Positions 33,538 through 58,990 of a stretch of 64,000 bases of DNA are shown here, piece after piece. Each line of letters opens with the position of its first letter. Position 1 is the first letter of the stretch. The DNA is from the human T2T-CHM13v2.0 reference genome, Homo sapiens. Under the pieces are notes generated by a model, which saw nothing but the letters and a program-made list of their open reading frames with translations, was not told the origin of the DNA and ran no database searches. The translations under genes and the position numbers were made by a program. The DNA is taken from NCBI RefSeq assembly GCF_009914755.1, contig NC_060934.1, one strand, 5' to 3'.

Positions 33538-34732
33538 CACATTCCTCAGTACATATATTTTAATTATTTTGAGATTATATATCTTTATGAGTCCACTTAT
33601 GCGAAATGGCCAGAAGGCAAATTCACAGACACAGAAAGTAGATTAGTGGTTGCCAGGGGCTGGGGGAAGGATCGAATGAGAATGGCTGGTAATGGGTATG
33701 GGTTTCCTTATAGAGTGATGAAAATTTTCTGGAATTAGTGATGATGGTTGCACAACCTTATGAATATACAGAAAACCACTGAATTATACACTTTAAAGGG
33801 TGAGTCTTTTGGTATGTGAGTTATAGCTCATTTTTTAAAAAATCACATATAAATAATGTGTACATTATAAAGAATAGCCTTAAAAAGTTATAGGGTGAGA
33901 TTTTAAAAGTCGTAAGTAGACTGAATGCAGTGGCTTACACCTGTAATCCCAGCACTTTGGGAGGCTGAGGCAGGGTAATCACTTGAGACCAGGGGTTCAA
34001 GACCAGCTTGGGCAACATAGCAAGACACTGTGTCTACAAAAAAAAAAAAAAAATTAAAAATTAGGCTGGCATGGTGGCCCATGCCTGTGGTTGCAGCTAC
34101 TCAGCAGGCTGAGGCAGGAGGATTGCTTGTGTCCAAGAGTTCAAGTTTGAGGCTGCAGTGTGCTACGATGGCACCACTGCACTCCAACCTGGTCAACGGA
34201 CTGAGACTCTGACTTGGCCTTTTGGAGATGTCTTTGCTAATTTCCACTTCTATTGGATTTCCTCTCCAAAGCATGACTCTTTCTTTGGACATAGTCATAA
34301 GCAGAGAAGGTTGTAGTTGGTGACGAGGTACCACTTCCAGACCAGGCTCCAGGGAATTTCTTCTAGAATGACAGGCTGCCAGAAACCTTGACTGGGTGCA
34401 GTAGCTCAGGCCTGTAACCCAGCACTTTAGGAGGCTGAAGTGGGAGGTTTGCTTGAGCCCAGGAGTTCGAAACCAGCCTGAGCAACAGAAGCTGCAGTGA
34501 GCTATGATGGCGCCACTGCATTCTAGTCTGGGCAACAGAGCAATACTCTGCCTCAAACAAACAAAAGGAGAAACTTTATGACATTTTACCTGGGTTTACG
34601 AATACTCTAGAAATGTGTCTGCACTATGTCTTGGTTCTCAGTATTAGGGTGTTTAGCTTCCTAATTGGTGAGGACAAAAATGAGACCGACAATCCTCTGA
34701 CCCTGCCTTCTTTGAACTTGGCCTTTCTCTAG

Positions 34733-34805
34733 GCGTTCAAGACCCAGCTGTTGAGAGTAGAAAAGCAGAAGAAAGGACCCGAGGTCAGCAAGTGCCCTCC
34801 CCACA
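34733..34805 (+). other. HK1: HK1 exon T3, 5' untranslated part (73 nt)
   Basis: cctttctctAG acceptor at 34731-34732, continuous with the MGQICQRES coding segment. Confidence 0.8.
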
Positions 34806-34832
34806 ATGGGGCAGATCTGCCAGCGAGAATCG
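34806..34832 (+). CDS. HK1: HK1 spermatogenic-type isoform (ta/tb) first coding segment MGQICQRES
   Basis: acaATGG strong Kozak context, 9 codons, phase-0 donor GTAAGC; known HK1-ta/tb N-terminus. Confidence 0.95.
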
Positions 34833-34870
34833 GTAAGCTCTGGTGTTTCTTTCTTTCTTTCTTTTTTTGA

Positions 34871-34975
<105 letters not shown>

Positions 34976-36565
34976 TAGCTGGGATTACAGGCATGGGCCA
35001 CCACACCTGGCTAATTTTGTATTTTTTTGTAGAGATGGGGTTTCTCCATGTTGGTCAGGCTGGTCTCAAACTCCTGACCTCAGGTGATCCGCCCACCTCG
35101 GCCTCCCAAAGTGCTGGGATTACAAGCCGCTCTGGTGTTTCTTTAGCTTCTCAGAGGGCTCACATGTACCATAGCCTGCTCAACCTGCTCTCCCTGGCAG
35201 AGGGGTGTGTTGGGGTCCATCTTAGAGGAGGGAAAACTCTGACCAAGAGCACAGCAGGAAAGCGTCATGAGGCAAGGCAGGAGCCCCCTCAGACCCAGCC
35301 TCTAAGTCTTGGTGCAGCAGGGGCCACTTGTGTTCTGACCAAGGGAAGCCCAGAGGATCGTTCTGTATCCCCCTGGTTAATTGCTTTTTAGACAGTTATG
35401 CTGCGAAGTCATCAGTGTGTGCTGGAAATAGGAGTTTGGCTTTTTCTTCTCTAAGAGAAGCCCCCTCTGGCTGAATTTTATATTGCCATGTAAAAATGGG
35501 CTTCTGCCCATTAAAAAAAAAAATTTTTTTTTTTTTTTGAGATAGAGTCTCATTCTGTTGCCCAGGCTGGAGTGCAATGGCATGATCTCGGCTCACTGTA
35601 ACCTCTGCCTCCTGGGTTAAAGTGATTCTTGTGCCTCAGCCTCCCTAGTAGCTGAAATTACAGGCGTGTGCCACCATGCCTGGCTAATTTTGTATTTTTT
35701 TGTAGAGATGGGGTTTTGTCATGTTGCCCAGGCTGGTCTCGAAACCCTGGCTTCATATGATCCGCCCACCTCAGCCTCCCGAAGTGCTGGGATTATAGGC
35801 GTGAGCTACTGCACCCGGCCAATTTTTTTTTTTTTTTTTTTAAATTTTAACAGAGACAAGGTCTTACTATGCTTCCCAGGCTGGTGTTGAACTCCTGGCT
35901 TCAAGTGATCCTCCCACCTCATCCTCCCAAAGTGTTGGGATTACAGTGTGAGCCACTGTGCCCAGCCCAGAAGCCCGTTCTTACATCTTAAAGAGCTTTG
36001 ATTCTCCCCCTGGATGTTGAAATAAACCCTGGAAAATGTTTATAGGATAAATTATGTTCTGAGTAGCGGGCTCATTTCAAATTAATCTATGCTGTAGGTG
36101 GGTCCCTCTGAAGCAAGGACTACAGCTGTTCCACCCCGCCCCCCACCAACAGAACAATCTGGGAAATTGAGACACAGTGGGCTTGATCTCAAAGACAAAC
36201 ACAGTGCTCATACTAACTGAGTGCCCTGAGCCCAGAACACTCTCAGAGCCCCATTTAAATCACTGCAGTGGCCTGGCCTGTTTGCTTTATGAAGACTTTC
36301 CCCTGGTCAGCCCTTGGGTGGCAAATTAATTCCTGATTAGTATCTGAAAGTGGACAATACAAGCTCAAGGAGTTGCTTCCACCTCGAGGCAAGAGGTGAG
36401 GGTCTTGGGCACGCCTGGGGTGGTTATCTTTCCCTCAGTCCTACAAGAGTAGCTTACAATGCCCTCTTCAGCTTCTTTGAGAAGGGCTTTGCAAAGTCCA
36501 GCTCAGGTGCATCCCTCCTGCCTCCCAGGGTTTTTCGTTTGTTTGTTTGTTGTTGTTGTTTTTGA

Positions 36566-36784
<219 letters not shown>

Positions 36785-38113
36785 TGATCCACCCGCCTCA
36801 GCCTCTCAAAGTGCTGTGATTACAGGCGTGAACCTCTGTGCTCAGCCCCTCTCAGGCTTTTGAGAGGATTGAATTCTGTCCTGTTCCTAATGCCCAACTG
36901 GAAGCTCTCAGCCTCATTCTCCTTTGTGGAATCCAAGGCTCCTGTGTGGTTGTCAGTGGGGAGTGGAGGCCACTAAATACAGAAAATCAAAATTCCTCTT
37001 AGCCGTTGGGTCTCTTAGGCCTCTTCCTTTTCTCCTCCTTCACCCCGCAACCAGAGTGAGAAAAGTTTTGCCTGCTCTGGGAAAGAAGGAGCCCTTCTAA
37101 ACCTGGAAGCTTGTTTGGGATGTCATTGCCACCTCTCATGGCCCCCTTCTTGTGCCCCTGCCTGGCTTTGCCAGTCCCAGGCAGAATGCCACCAGGAATT
37201 TAAAGCAGGCCAGGCCAGCCTTGGAGAGGTGGCACAAAGCAGCCAGTGTCACAGGCGCCATGTGGCAGTCAGCAGGTTTGGACTCCTGCACCCAGAGTTC
37301 AGTGTCAATCTGACGACAGGCCCTCTTTGGTGCTTGGAGGTCCAGGGAGAGGAGCACAGGTTCTGGGATCTCAGACACAGATGGAAATCCAGCAGCTGGA
37401 CGTTGATTTGGTCCCATCAATTAGCCCAGAGCAGTTGTAGTTCTTATTGCCTGGAGCCTCTGTCAATCCATGATCTTTATTGTAGCTGCTGCCATTTACC
37501 AAGCAAATCCTCTATGCCCACCACTCCCAAAGGCCCAGTGAAGAAGGTGTCATTCCCACTTTACAGATGGGGAAACTGAGGCTTAGAGAGGTTAAATTCC
37601 TTTGCCAAGCTTGTACAGCTGGTCCTGGCAGATCCAGGACATAAACTCAGGACTCTCTCACTCCAGGACTGTGCTCTTTCTACCCACCATCAAGCTCAAG
37701 GCTGAAAGTGAGGTGTGTGACTCCAACCCTATCTTCCTAAGGATAGATATATTTTGAGTTGTTCCAAGCTTAGAAACTCATGCTCGGGATATTGAAATTT
37801 CCACTGTTAGTGTAAGGAAGGGCCAAAAATTGCATGGTCCATTTGGTTTCTTTCTCATAGGTTTCCTGACAATTCCAAGCCCCAGAGAGTATTTTTCCCT
37901 GTTGCCTTACTATTAATTCTCATGTAGGCTTGGAAGTATCTGCAAGCCTTCATTAGAGCCATTTCAGCAGGGAGTTGGCTATCATGGGGGTGTCAGTGTA
38001 AGGCCTAGGCAGTTTTGGCTTTGGGCATGTGGAAAACCTGCCTGGATTGTTCTGGAAGCTCAGACTGTCTATGGGATGCTATTTTTTGCTTCCGTAGTTT
38101 TCCTAGGACCATA

Positions 38114-38420
38114 ATTTTTTTTAATTTTATTTTTTATAGATGGGATATTGCCCTGTCACCCAGGTTGGAGTGCAGTGGCACAATCATGGCTCACTGAAGC
38201 CTTGAACTCCTGAGCTCAACTGATCCTCTTGCCTCAGCCTCCCAAGTAGCTGGGACTAGAGGCGTGTGCCCCCACAACCAGCCAGTTTTTAATTTTTTTT
38301 TGTAGAGACAGGGTCTTGCTATGTTGCCCAGGCTGTTCTTAAATCCCTGGCGTCAAGTGATCCTCCTGCCTCAGTCTCCTAAAGTGCTGGGATTACAGGT
38401 ATGAGCCACTGCACCCAGCT
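38114..38420 (-). mobile_element. Alu (AluJ-type)
   Basis: Reverse Alu consensus. Confidence 0.85.
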
Positions 38421-39536
38421 TAGGACCTTGATTATGTGAGGTAGGACAAGAAGTGCTGGAAAGATCATCCCTGCCCTCCAGGGGAGATACACACATGGAT
38501 TACCCCTGATTCTTACAGGGACTACCTGCATGTCCATGGGCTGCTATGCAAGCTTCCAGGAACTTCAGTCTCCTTCCTTATAGAGTGGGATTGCCCCTTG
38601 TGCTCTGTCACTCTGGGTTCCATCCCTTCTCACCCACTAATAGTGGGGAGGAAGAAGAAGAGCTAATATTTATGCTGTGCTTTCTGGGTCTGGGCACTAA
38701 GATAGGAGGCACTTTACAGGTTGTTATTACAGATAAAGGGCTGAGGAGGGCCTCAGTATTTGTATTCGTATTTTTCCCCCAGTTTTCCCCCAACCTCCAA
38801 TGCTGCAGAGATACCTGCAGGGGTGAGTGGAGATTGACAATCAGAATCCTATGAGATCTCCAAGTTGAGAGCAGAGTCCTTTGAAGTCCCTAGGCGTCAC
38901 CAATATACTTGAGTTTGGGCTACATCTGTTCTGACTTGGGGCTCCCCAGAAAGTTTGTCTCTAGCAGCCCTGAGATTGGTTGGGACCAGGACCCACCCTA
39001 TCCCCTGCTAGTGGTAGGTGGAAAGGTGGGGTGAGGCTCTAATCCATCTGATTCATCTCCCCTTTCACTGGACAAGACTGATTTGGCCTCCACTGGCTCC
39101 AGAGCAGGCATGCTGGCTACACTCCCAACACTCATTTCTGGAGGTGTGACTTGAGCCCATTACCAAGCATTTTTATTCACCCCCCTGCTCCCTATCTGGC
39201 ATCTTCTGTATGTGGGGACGTTTATCAACTCTGTGCTCCTTGGGTAGCCTTCTTCTGTGCCCAGTGACACAGGACAGCTCAGTTCCCAGCCTCAGCCAGA
39301 TGCCCTGGGCATGTTAGGCAGGTGGGCTGGTACTCACATGTGCCTGAGGTTCCCAGCCTCAGTTCACCTCCAATAGGTCTAGGTTTCCTTTTCCATGAAG
39401 TATTCCAGCAACCAGAAAGTCAAGCATCTAAACAGGCCAGCTTGCACATGATTTTTGGAGATACTGGAGGAGGAAGGAAGATATCTCCAAGATATGTATG
39501 CACTGTCATTTCTGCCTCCAACCTTGAAACCCTTCT

Positions 39537-40373
<837 letters not shown>

Positions 40374-40413
40374 ACCCTCCCTATCCATTCAGCTATCATC
40401 AGGAAAAAATTCA

Positions 40414-41121
<708 letters not shown>

Positions 41122-41684
41122 TAGCGAGGGGAGGGCAGAATGCTAACTCATCTTTCGCAGACCCTGCCAAGAGCTGGTCACTGCTTGATGGCCATGTTGC
41201 CTCCTTGCTCATCAGGGAAGCATTGCATCTTCAGGGTGGGAGACACAGCGGGGCCTGCGGTTCAGTAGGGATTAGATGCCTGTGCTCCCACAGCTCCTCT
41301 CCAGGCCTCTGCCGCAGCTCCGGTGCTGCTGCGCTTCCATTACTGACCGGCACATCTGTCTTTCTTAGTGGATTGTGGGCTCCTTGAGGGCCGAACCACG
41401 GTTGTCTTTCATCTTGGACTCTCCAGCTTCCAACACAGTGCCTGGTACATTTGTAAGAACCTAGTGTTTGTGTGAATAAATTCATGAATTGCACATGACT
41501 GAGCTCTGCTGCATTTCATCCAGAGAACTGGTAATCATGATAGAATTTGCTTAGACATTCCAAGGTTACTTGTAATTACTTTTGTTTTCTGAGCGTGATT
41601 GATTAGTTATAAGCATCAATATGTTGTGAATGCAAGTTGCTAAAATGCATTTGTAACACTTTACTTGTCCTGTCTTTCTCTAAG

Positions 41685-41732
41685 GCTACAGCAGCTGAAA
41701 AACCAAAACTTCATCTACTTGCTGAAAGTGAG
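41685..41732 (+). CDS. HK1: HK1 spermatogenic-type 48-nt coding exon ATAAEKPKLHLLAESE
   Basis: ctttctctaAG acceptor, GAG|GTAAGA donor, phase 0-0; completes the known N-terminus [25 protein letters not shown]. Confidence 0.95.
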
Positions 41733-43052
41733 GTAAGAAAGCTATTTTTTTTTTCATTTCCTTCTGTAACATTTTCTGTAAAAGATAGTGCGTGGCAATC
41801 CCCTTTGGGATAATGATTTTCAGCCAGCCAAGCAGCTGTGCAGTGGCTTCTCCAGGGTGTGGAGCAGTATTGACCTCCAACTTGCTCCCTGCTGGACTCA
41901 GTACACCTGAACAGGGAAGGTGCTTTCCAAGGGTGCCTAGTAACAGAGGCCCCCTTCTTAGCCCTTTCTTGGAAGCAGAATGCTAATTGTCAGAGCCAAA
42001 CACAAGGCCTTCCTGCCTTGGGGATGCATGGTGTCCTGATTGTGAGAGACCCTGGGAGGGGAAATGGAAGGGTCTCTCCCCTCCCGTCTTTTCCATTTTA
42101 CAGTCAGGCATGCCAGAAACTTGGCACCCATCTGCTCTGCACTTCAATATGGACAAGTTTCAGATCTTTCCTGTCGACATATCCCATTTAGCCCCAAATC
42201 AAAGAGTTTCCTGCGCTGTTTGTGCTGACCTACCCTCTTCCCTCCCATTCCCCAAGCACACAGCTTACTATCTCTTTAAAGTGGCAACAGAGTGGATCTG
42301 AGATGGGTTGCTTCATGCGAAGGTGGTGAGGTGTACACTTTATGAATCAGCTTGGGAGAAAAGCACAGAAACTCTCGATTTCCCCTGTGTCCGGGGCCAT
42401 TACCTAGTCCCAGGTGACGGCCAAAGCTGGGTGTGGATTCAACCTAGAGCCCCAGAGCTCTGCCCTGCTCCTCATTCCACTGATTGCGTAGCTATATTCT
42501 TGTTCTTTTGAAAATAAATAAGACTCGGTCTCCAGCCTCAAAAGACTTAATGACTGAGAAGTGAAGCTCAATATTTTTTCAAAAGAGAAAGTTACAACAT
42601 AGGTGAAACGTGCTTTAAGAGCCGGGTGAGGGAGTGGTCAACCCCGTCTTGGGTCCAGATAACAAAGGCTGGATAGAGGTGATGAGATTTGCAGAGAGTC
42701 TTGAAGAAGAGGAAAGCATGTGTCAGGCGAGGAAGGGCATTTCAAGCAGAGAGAGCAGCATGTGCCAAAACAGAGCCTGCAAAAATGGGAAAAAGCTGGG
42801 GAGACTGAGGAGGTTGGATGGGACTGGGATTGGTTGTCCAGTTGAGAAACTCTGACAGCATGGCCTGAAGGATCCTCTAGGCTGAGGAGTCCTGTGATTA
42901 CATTGTTTTCTGTCTGGCAGTAGCAAGGAGCTTGAGCTGGAGGAAGCCTTGGGCATCCAGGAAACCAGAGAGGGGGTAGGGGGCATAAGTGTAGTGAGAC
43001 CTCCAGGATATGTGCTGTGCAAGATGATCTACTTCCCAGTGGGAAGAAAGTA

Positions 43053-43495
43053 CAGTTGACCCTGAAGCAATGAGGGGGTTATGGACACTGACCACCCCCA
43101 CATCATGCAGTAGAAAATCCATATATAACTTTCTACTCCCCCAAAACCAAACTGCTAAAACTACTGTTGACCAAAAGCCTTACTGATAACATAAAGTCAA
43201 TTAACAAATATTTTGTATGTTTTATATACTATATTCTGTATTCTTACAATAAAGTAAGCTAGAGAAAAGAAAATGTTATTAAGAAAATCATAAGGAAGAG
43301 AGATAGATTTACTATTCTTTAAGTGGGAGTGGATCACCATGAAGGTCTTCATCCTTGTAGTCTTCACTTTGTGTAGGCTGAGGAGGAGGTAGAGGAGGGC
43401 TTAGTCTTGCTGTCTCAGGGGTGGCAGAGGCAGAAGAAGATCCAGGTGTAAGCAAACTCCTGCAGTGCAAACCGGTGTTGTTCGAGGGTCAACTG
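43053..43495. mobile_element. Tigger2a/MER28-type TcMar DNA transposon
   Basis: TIRs CAGTTGACCCT...AGGGTCAACTG flanked by TA on both sides. Confidence 0.85.
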
Positions 43496-43664
43496 TATTA
43501 CAATTCCATTGTCACCAACTTTTTAAAGACAAATCAACGTTGGTGGCCTTGCAGGTACCCAGGACTCTCACAATGAGGAGGGGTTGATAGTGGCCCCCTC
43601 CTTTATTTCCTAGACCATCTTTAGCATATTCTGAAGCATCGCAGCTTTAGAATTGCTTGGTTGA

Positions 43665-46150
<2,486 letters not shown>

Positions 46151-46422
46151 GTTTAAGAAGTTTTAACACACGTATACACCTATGTAACCGTTGCCCAGTT
46201 CAAGATATAGAACATTTTCATCACCCCCCAAAATCCCTTCACAGTCTTTTCCAGTCAATACTTCCCATTTCCTGTCCTGACAGTATCACTATTCTGACTT
46301 CTATCACCAGAGCTTTTCCATTCTTGAACCTCATATAAATATAATCATACATATGTACTCTCTTGTGTCTGGTTTTAATATTTTAATGTTGCTGCATATA
46401 TCAAAAGGTTATTCCTATGTAA

Positions 46423-46898
46423 TTTTGTTTTTTGCTTTTTTTTCATGAGGCATTTTATTTGTAAATATGTATAACATCTCTAGAAAAAGAATCCCAGGAT
46501 TTTCCTTCCTGTGTGTTTTCGTCTTGCTTCTTTATGGTCCATGATGCCAGCTGAGACTGTCAGTACAATGAAATCAAACTGGCCAGATGGAAGCAGATTA
46601 TTCTGCATTTCTCTAGATCTTTGAGTTGCACATCAAATCTGGGGCTGATCATGCCACACTTGTTTAGACTGCCTGTGAGGTTCACAACAATTTGCCTAGC
46701 TCTGTGATCATCCATGATTTCAAATTCGCCAATATAACCATGCTTCATCATCACAGTGAGAAACCAGACGATGACTTTGGAGCATGGCCTAAGAACCTGG
46801 TGTTTGTCTCTCTTTTCAGCATTGTTGATGCTCTTGAGAGCATCAGCCAGGACATTAATGTGCACCACTGTGGTGGCGTGGAAAGATGGCAAAAAGAG
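46423..46898 (-). pseudogene. RPS15A (uS8) processed pseudogene (probably RPS15AP28)
   Basis: ORF 46560..46892 reads [16 protein letters not shown]...[53 protein letters not shown]; intronless; 5' TOP-like CTCTTTTT; ATG replaced by GTG (46866-46868); frameshift after LEK; stop at 46480-46482; AATAAA and A-tail remnant; degenerate TSD. Confidence 0.95.
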
Positions 46899-46902
46899 CC
46901 CT

Positions 46903-46912
<10 letters not shown>
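46886..46912 (+). CDS. HK1: HK1-td isoform first coding segment MAKRALRDF (within a 93-nt exon 46820-46912)
   Basis: aagATGG context, 9 codons, phase-0 donor GTACGT, acceptor tctcttttcAG at 46818-46819; known HK1-td N-terminus MAKRAL(H/R)DF. Confidence 0.9.
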
Positions 46913-48625
<1,713 letters not shown>

Positions 48626-49389
48626 ACTCTGTCTCTACAAAAAGTAATTTTAAAATTTCCTGAGAGTGGTGGGGTGCATCTGTGGTCCCAGCTACTTGGG
48701 AGGCTGAGGTGGGAGGATCACTTGGGCCCTGGAAGGTCAAGGCTGCAGTGAGCTGTGATTGATCCACTGCACTCCAGCCTGGGCAAAACAATGGGACCCT
48801 GTCTCAAAAAAAAAAAAAAAAAGTTTGTAGGTTTCATTTGTTTGCTTTGTTTGTTTGTTCTGAGATACATTTACAGGTAGAATTCTTAGGGTTTGGTAAC
48901 AGGTTACATGTGGAGCCCATGGGAGTGGAAGGAGTTCAAGGATGATGGCAGATTTTCAGCAGAGGCGATGAGGGGCTAGTTCTGCCTGGAACACTCTTTT
49001 CCTAGACACTGGCATAGTGTCCCTCATCTTATTCTGGTTTCTGCTCAAATGCCACATCTTCAGAGGTCCTTCCCTGTCCATCCTGACTAAAATGAAATCC
49101 CTACCCTTTATTTGTTCAACGTGTGTATCAGTTAGTATTAGATTTGGCTGGCAGTAACAGAAAACTCCAAACTAGCATTTGGATAAACACATTGGAATTT
49201 TGTTTTTCTCTCAAATTTTAGAAATATAGAGGTAATGTGGTGGGGGGAGGGGGGAGGCTGATATGGGGCAGCTTGATGACAAGGATGCAGGTTCTATTCT
49301 ATTTTGTTGCTTTGTTTTGTATGGGCATCATTCCCAGAGTTATCTCTTTTTTTTAATTAGAATAACACACATGTATTATCTACGATTTT

Positions 49390-50806
<1,417 letters not shown>

Positions 50807-51559
50807 TGTTTGTGGGTCAGGAGTTGGGATAAGCTGAGCTAGGTGTCCTGCCTTGGGTCATGCTTTCCTGCTCATGTGGTTGTTTGCAGCGTTCGGTTCC
50901 TTGTAGCTGTAGGATTCACATCTTGCTTCTTCTGAGAGGCCTGGAGGCTAGAAGTCCAAATTCAAGGTGTTGGCAGGCTTGTGCTCCCTCTGAATCTTGG
51001 AGAAGAAGACCCTCCCTTGCCTCTTCCAGCTTCCAGTGGCCCCAAGCGTTCCTTGGCTTGTGGCAGCATCACTCCCATCCCTGCCTGCATCTTTGTATGG
51101 TCATCTTCTTTCTGTGTATGTCCCTTCACATGGCGTTCTCCCTGTGTGTCCCAAGGTTATCTCATAATCCAAGATGATTGCAGGATCTCCAGCCACTCTG
51201 CCTGTCCTCCAGTCAGCGGGAAGGAGGAATGGCAAAGAAGCAGGAAAGCCACAGAATAGCTGTGTCTCTTAAGGGAGGCTCCAGAAGCTACTGAGACACT
51301 CTCACTTTCATCTCTGGCCAGAGCTTGGTCACATGCCTGCATCCGACTATAGGGGAGGCTGGAAATGGAATCTTTATTCTGGGAGGCCTGAGTTCACCTA
51401 AAAATTGGAGCATTGATTAGTTTATTAGGACAAAGGGGAAATGGATATTGTGGGATACAGCTGTGTCAGCTGCGCCTGCCTTTTCTCCTAGTGCCTGGCC
51501 TAATGTATATTTAATTAGCCATTTGTTTACCATCTGTCTCTCCCGATCAGAATGTGGGC

Positions 51560-52985
<1,426 letters not shown>

Positions 52986-53806
52986 ATTTCCAGTGACTAG
53001 GAAAGTGCAGGGCAGATTAGGTGTTTCACAAATATGTGTTGGGTGAATAAATGACAAGGAGGGGAATTGAGAAGAGTAAGTTTAAGGAGAAGAACATGAC
53101 TGTGTTGGAAGATACTGAGTTTCGGGTGCCCATGGGACATATAAGACTTGATTCTCATAGGCAGCTGGAAATATAATCACGAACTTGGGAGGGAGATGTG
53201 GCTGAAGCCCTTGACAAGAGTGATTCTTTGGGAAGGGCATAGCGAGACAGACCTACAGAAAACAGCGAGAGAGGAGACATACTCAGCCCACTCAGTGGAA
53301 TCAACCCAAGCCAGAAGTCTCCACCCCCACCCCCCGGGGGAGGGCAACTTCTTCCATAACCCACTTATAGCCCCTCTGGCCTTGCAGATCTGCCTCTCTG
53401 TTTGGTTTGAGAATTCCCCTTATAAAGGAACTCTGCAGGGCCCAGATCCACTTGCCACGCTTTAGGAATCTAAGCCACGACTCAGTCTCCTCGGTGCAGG
53501 TTCTTGGACCCCTTCACTGGACCTGAGTGAAATAAGAGAAATAAGGACAATATAGTAAAATAAATATTGCATTTTGTCGGAATGACAAGGTGGGCTGGAG
53601 ACACACTGCCTTGGCTTGGATCCCAGCTTTTCCATTCAGTTGCTGTGTGACCTTGAGAAAGTCACTTAATCACCCCGTGATTCAGTTTCCTCATCTATAA
53701 AATGGGGATATTACGAGTATCCACCTCATTGTGTTGTTTTAAGGATCAATCAGTCAATAAATAAGTAAATAATTTAGAACAATGGTGTATAGTAAGTTCT
53801 ACCTAA

Positions 53807-54187
<381 letters not shown>

Positions 54188-54208
54188 AAAATATATTTTC
54201 TTTTAGGA

Positions 54209-55020
54209 AAGCGGTTCCCAACCTTTATGGCACTAGGCACTGGTTTTGTGGAAGACAATTTTTCCACAGACCCGTGTGTGTGTGGGGATGGTTTCGGGGT
54301 GAAACTGTTCCACCTCAGATCATTATGCAGCAGGACAAGCTGCAGACAAAACTCCTCAGACACCGAGTTAAAGAAGGAAGCGGTTTATTCAGCCAGGAGC
54401 ATCGGCAAGACTCCTGTCTCAAGAGCCGAGCTCCCCGAGTGAACAATTCCTGTCCCTTTTAAGGGCTCACAACTCTAAGAGGGTCCTTGGGAGAGGGTCA
54501 TGATTGACTGAGCAAGCAGGGGGTATGTGACTGGGGGCTGCAGGCACTGGTAATCAGAACAAAACAGAACAGGACAGGGATTTTTACAATGCCTTTCCAT
54601 ACAATGCCTGGACTCTATAGATAACATAAACGGTTAGGTCAGGGGTCGATCTGTAACTACCAGGCTTAGGTCAGGCAGGGCCAGGCCTGGTTTCGGGTCT
54701 GGTTCCTTGCTTTCGGGTCTGGTTCCTGGGCGCCAGGCTACCTGCCTTTAGTTTTGCTTCTCTTTCTTTTTCTGAGTATAAAACAATATGAGAGGGTCTG
54801 TCTCTCTTCTCTCAATTAGGCACTAGATTCTCATAAAAAGTGCACAATCCAGATCCTTTGGATGAGCAGTTCACAATAGGGTTTGTACTCCTACAAGAAT
54901 CTAATTGCACTGCTGATCTGACAGGAGACAGAGCTGAGGCGGTAATGCTCGCTCACCTGCTGCTCACCTCCTGCTGTGAAGCTCAGTCCCTAACAGGCCA
55001 CAGACCAGTTGGGGACCCTA
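54209..55020. mobile_element. MER1-type hAT-Charlie element split by a solo LTR
   Basis: ttcccaaccttt...gtggaagacaatttttccac and gcagttcacaatagggttt...ttggggaccc segments. Confidence 0.8.
54326..54814 (-). mobile_element. ERV1 solo LTR (LTR15-like)
   Basis: TG...CA termini, 4-bp TSD ATTA (54322-54325 and 54815-54818), reverse strand starts TGAGAGAAGAGAGACAGACCCTCTC. Confidence 0.8.
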
Positions 55021-55073
55021 CTTTAGGAAATTATGATTATAGGATATGAAAATCATACACCTAAAAAAGATCC

Positions 55074-56513
<1,440 letters not shown>

Positions 56514-56632
56514 TCAGAATCTAATTTTTGTTTATATGTTTAACTTGCTGACCCATGTCATCTTAGAGCCTAGGAACCCTGCCTAGGTGTTGACATGAAC
56601 TCTGTGTGAGCATTTTCCAGTATATCTTGGTG

Positions 56633-57433
<801 letters not shown>

Positions 57434-57619
57434 ATGCTAACTCGAAGGAAAGGATTGAGGACTTTTTCCTGGCCCTGTGAAGGTCGTTGTGTGTGGGTGC
57501 TGGGAGAACTATCCCAGGAAACTCAGGGTAACTGGCAAGGTGATTTGAGATTGCTCTGGTCCAAAAGATAACGATTTCATTTGGGGAAACCATTTCCTTT
57601 GGAGAGCTGGCTGAGATAA

Positions 57620-58990
<1,371 letters not shown>

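Noticed and set aside
38783-38822. Possible 40-nt exon (ttcccccAG ... GG|GTGAGT) between T3 and the 48-nt exon
   Set aside because: Splice-like signals only; frame-shifting and I cannot tie it to a known HK1 transcript. Additional testis exons may exist in this interval but I could not place them
46560-46892. 110-aa RPS15A-like ORF as a functional retrogene
   Set aside because: Start codon lost, one codon deleted and a frameshift before the C-terminus
53418-53428. CCTTATAAAGG as an SRF CArG box
   Set aside because: Seven A/T bases between CC and GG rather than six
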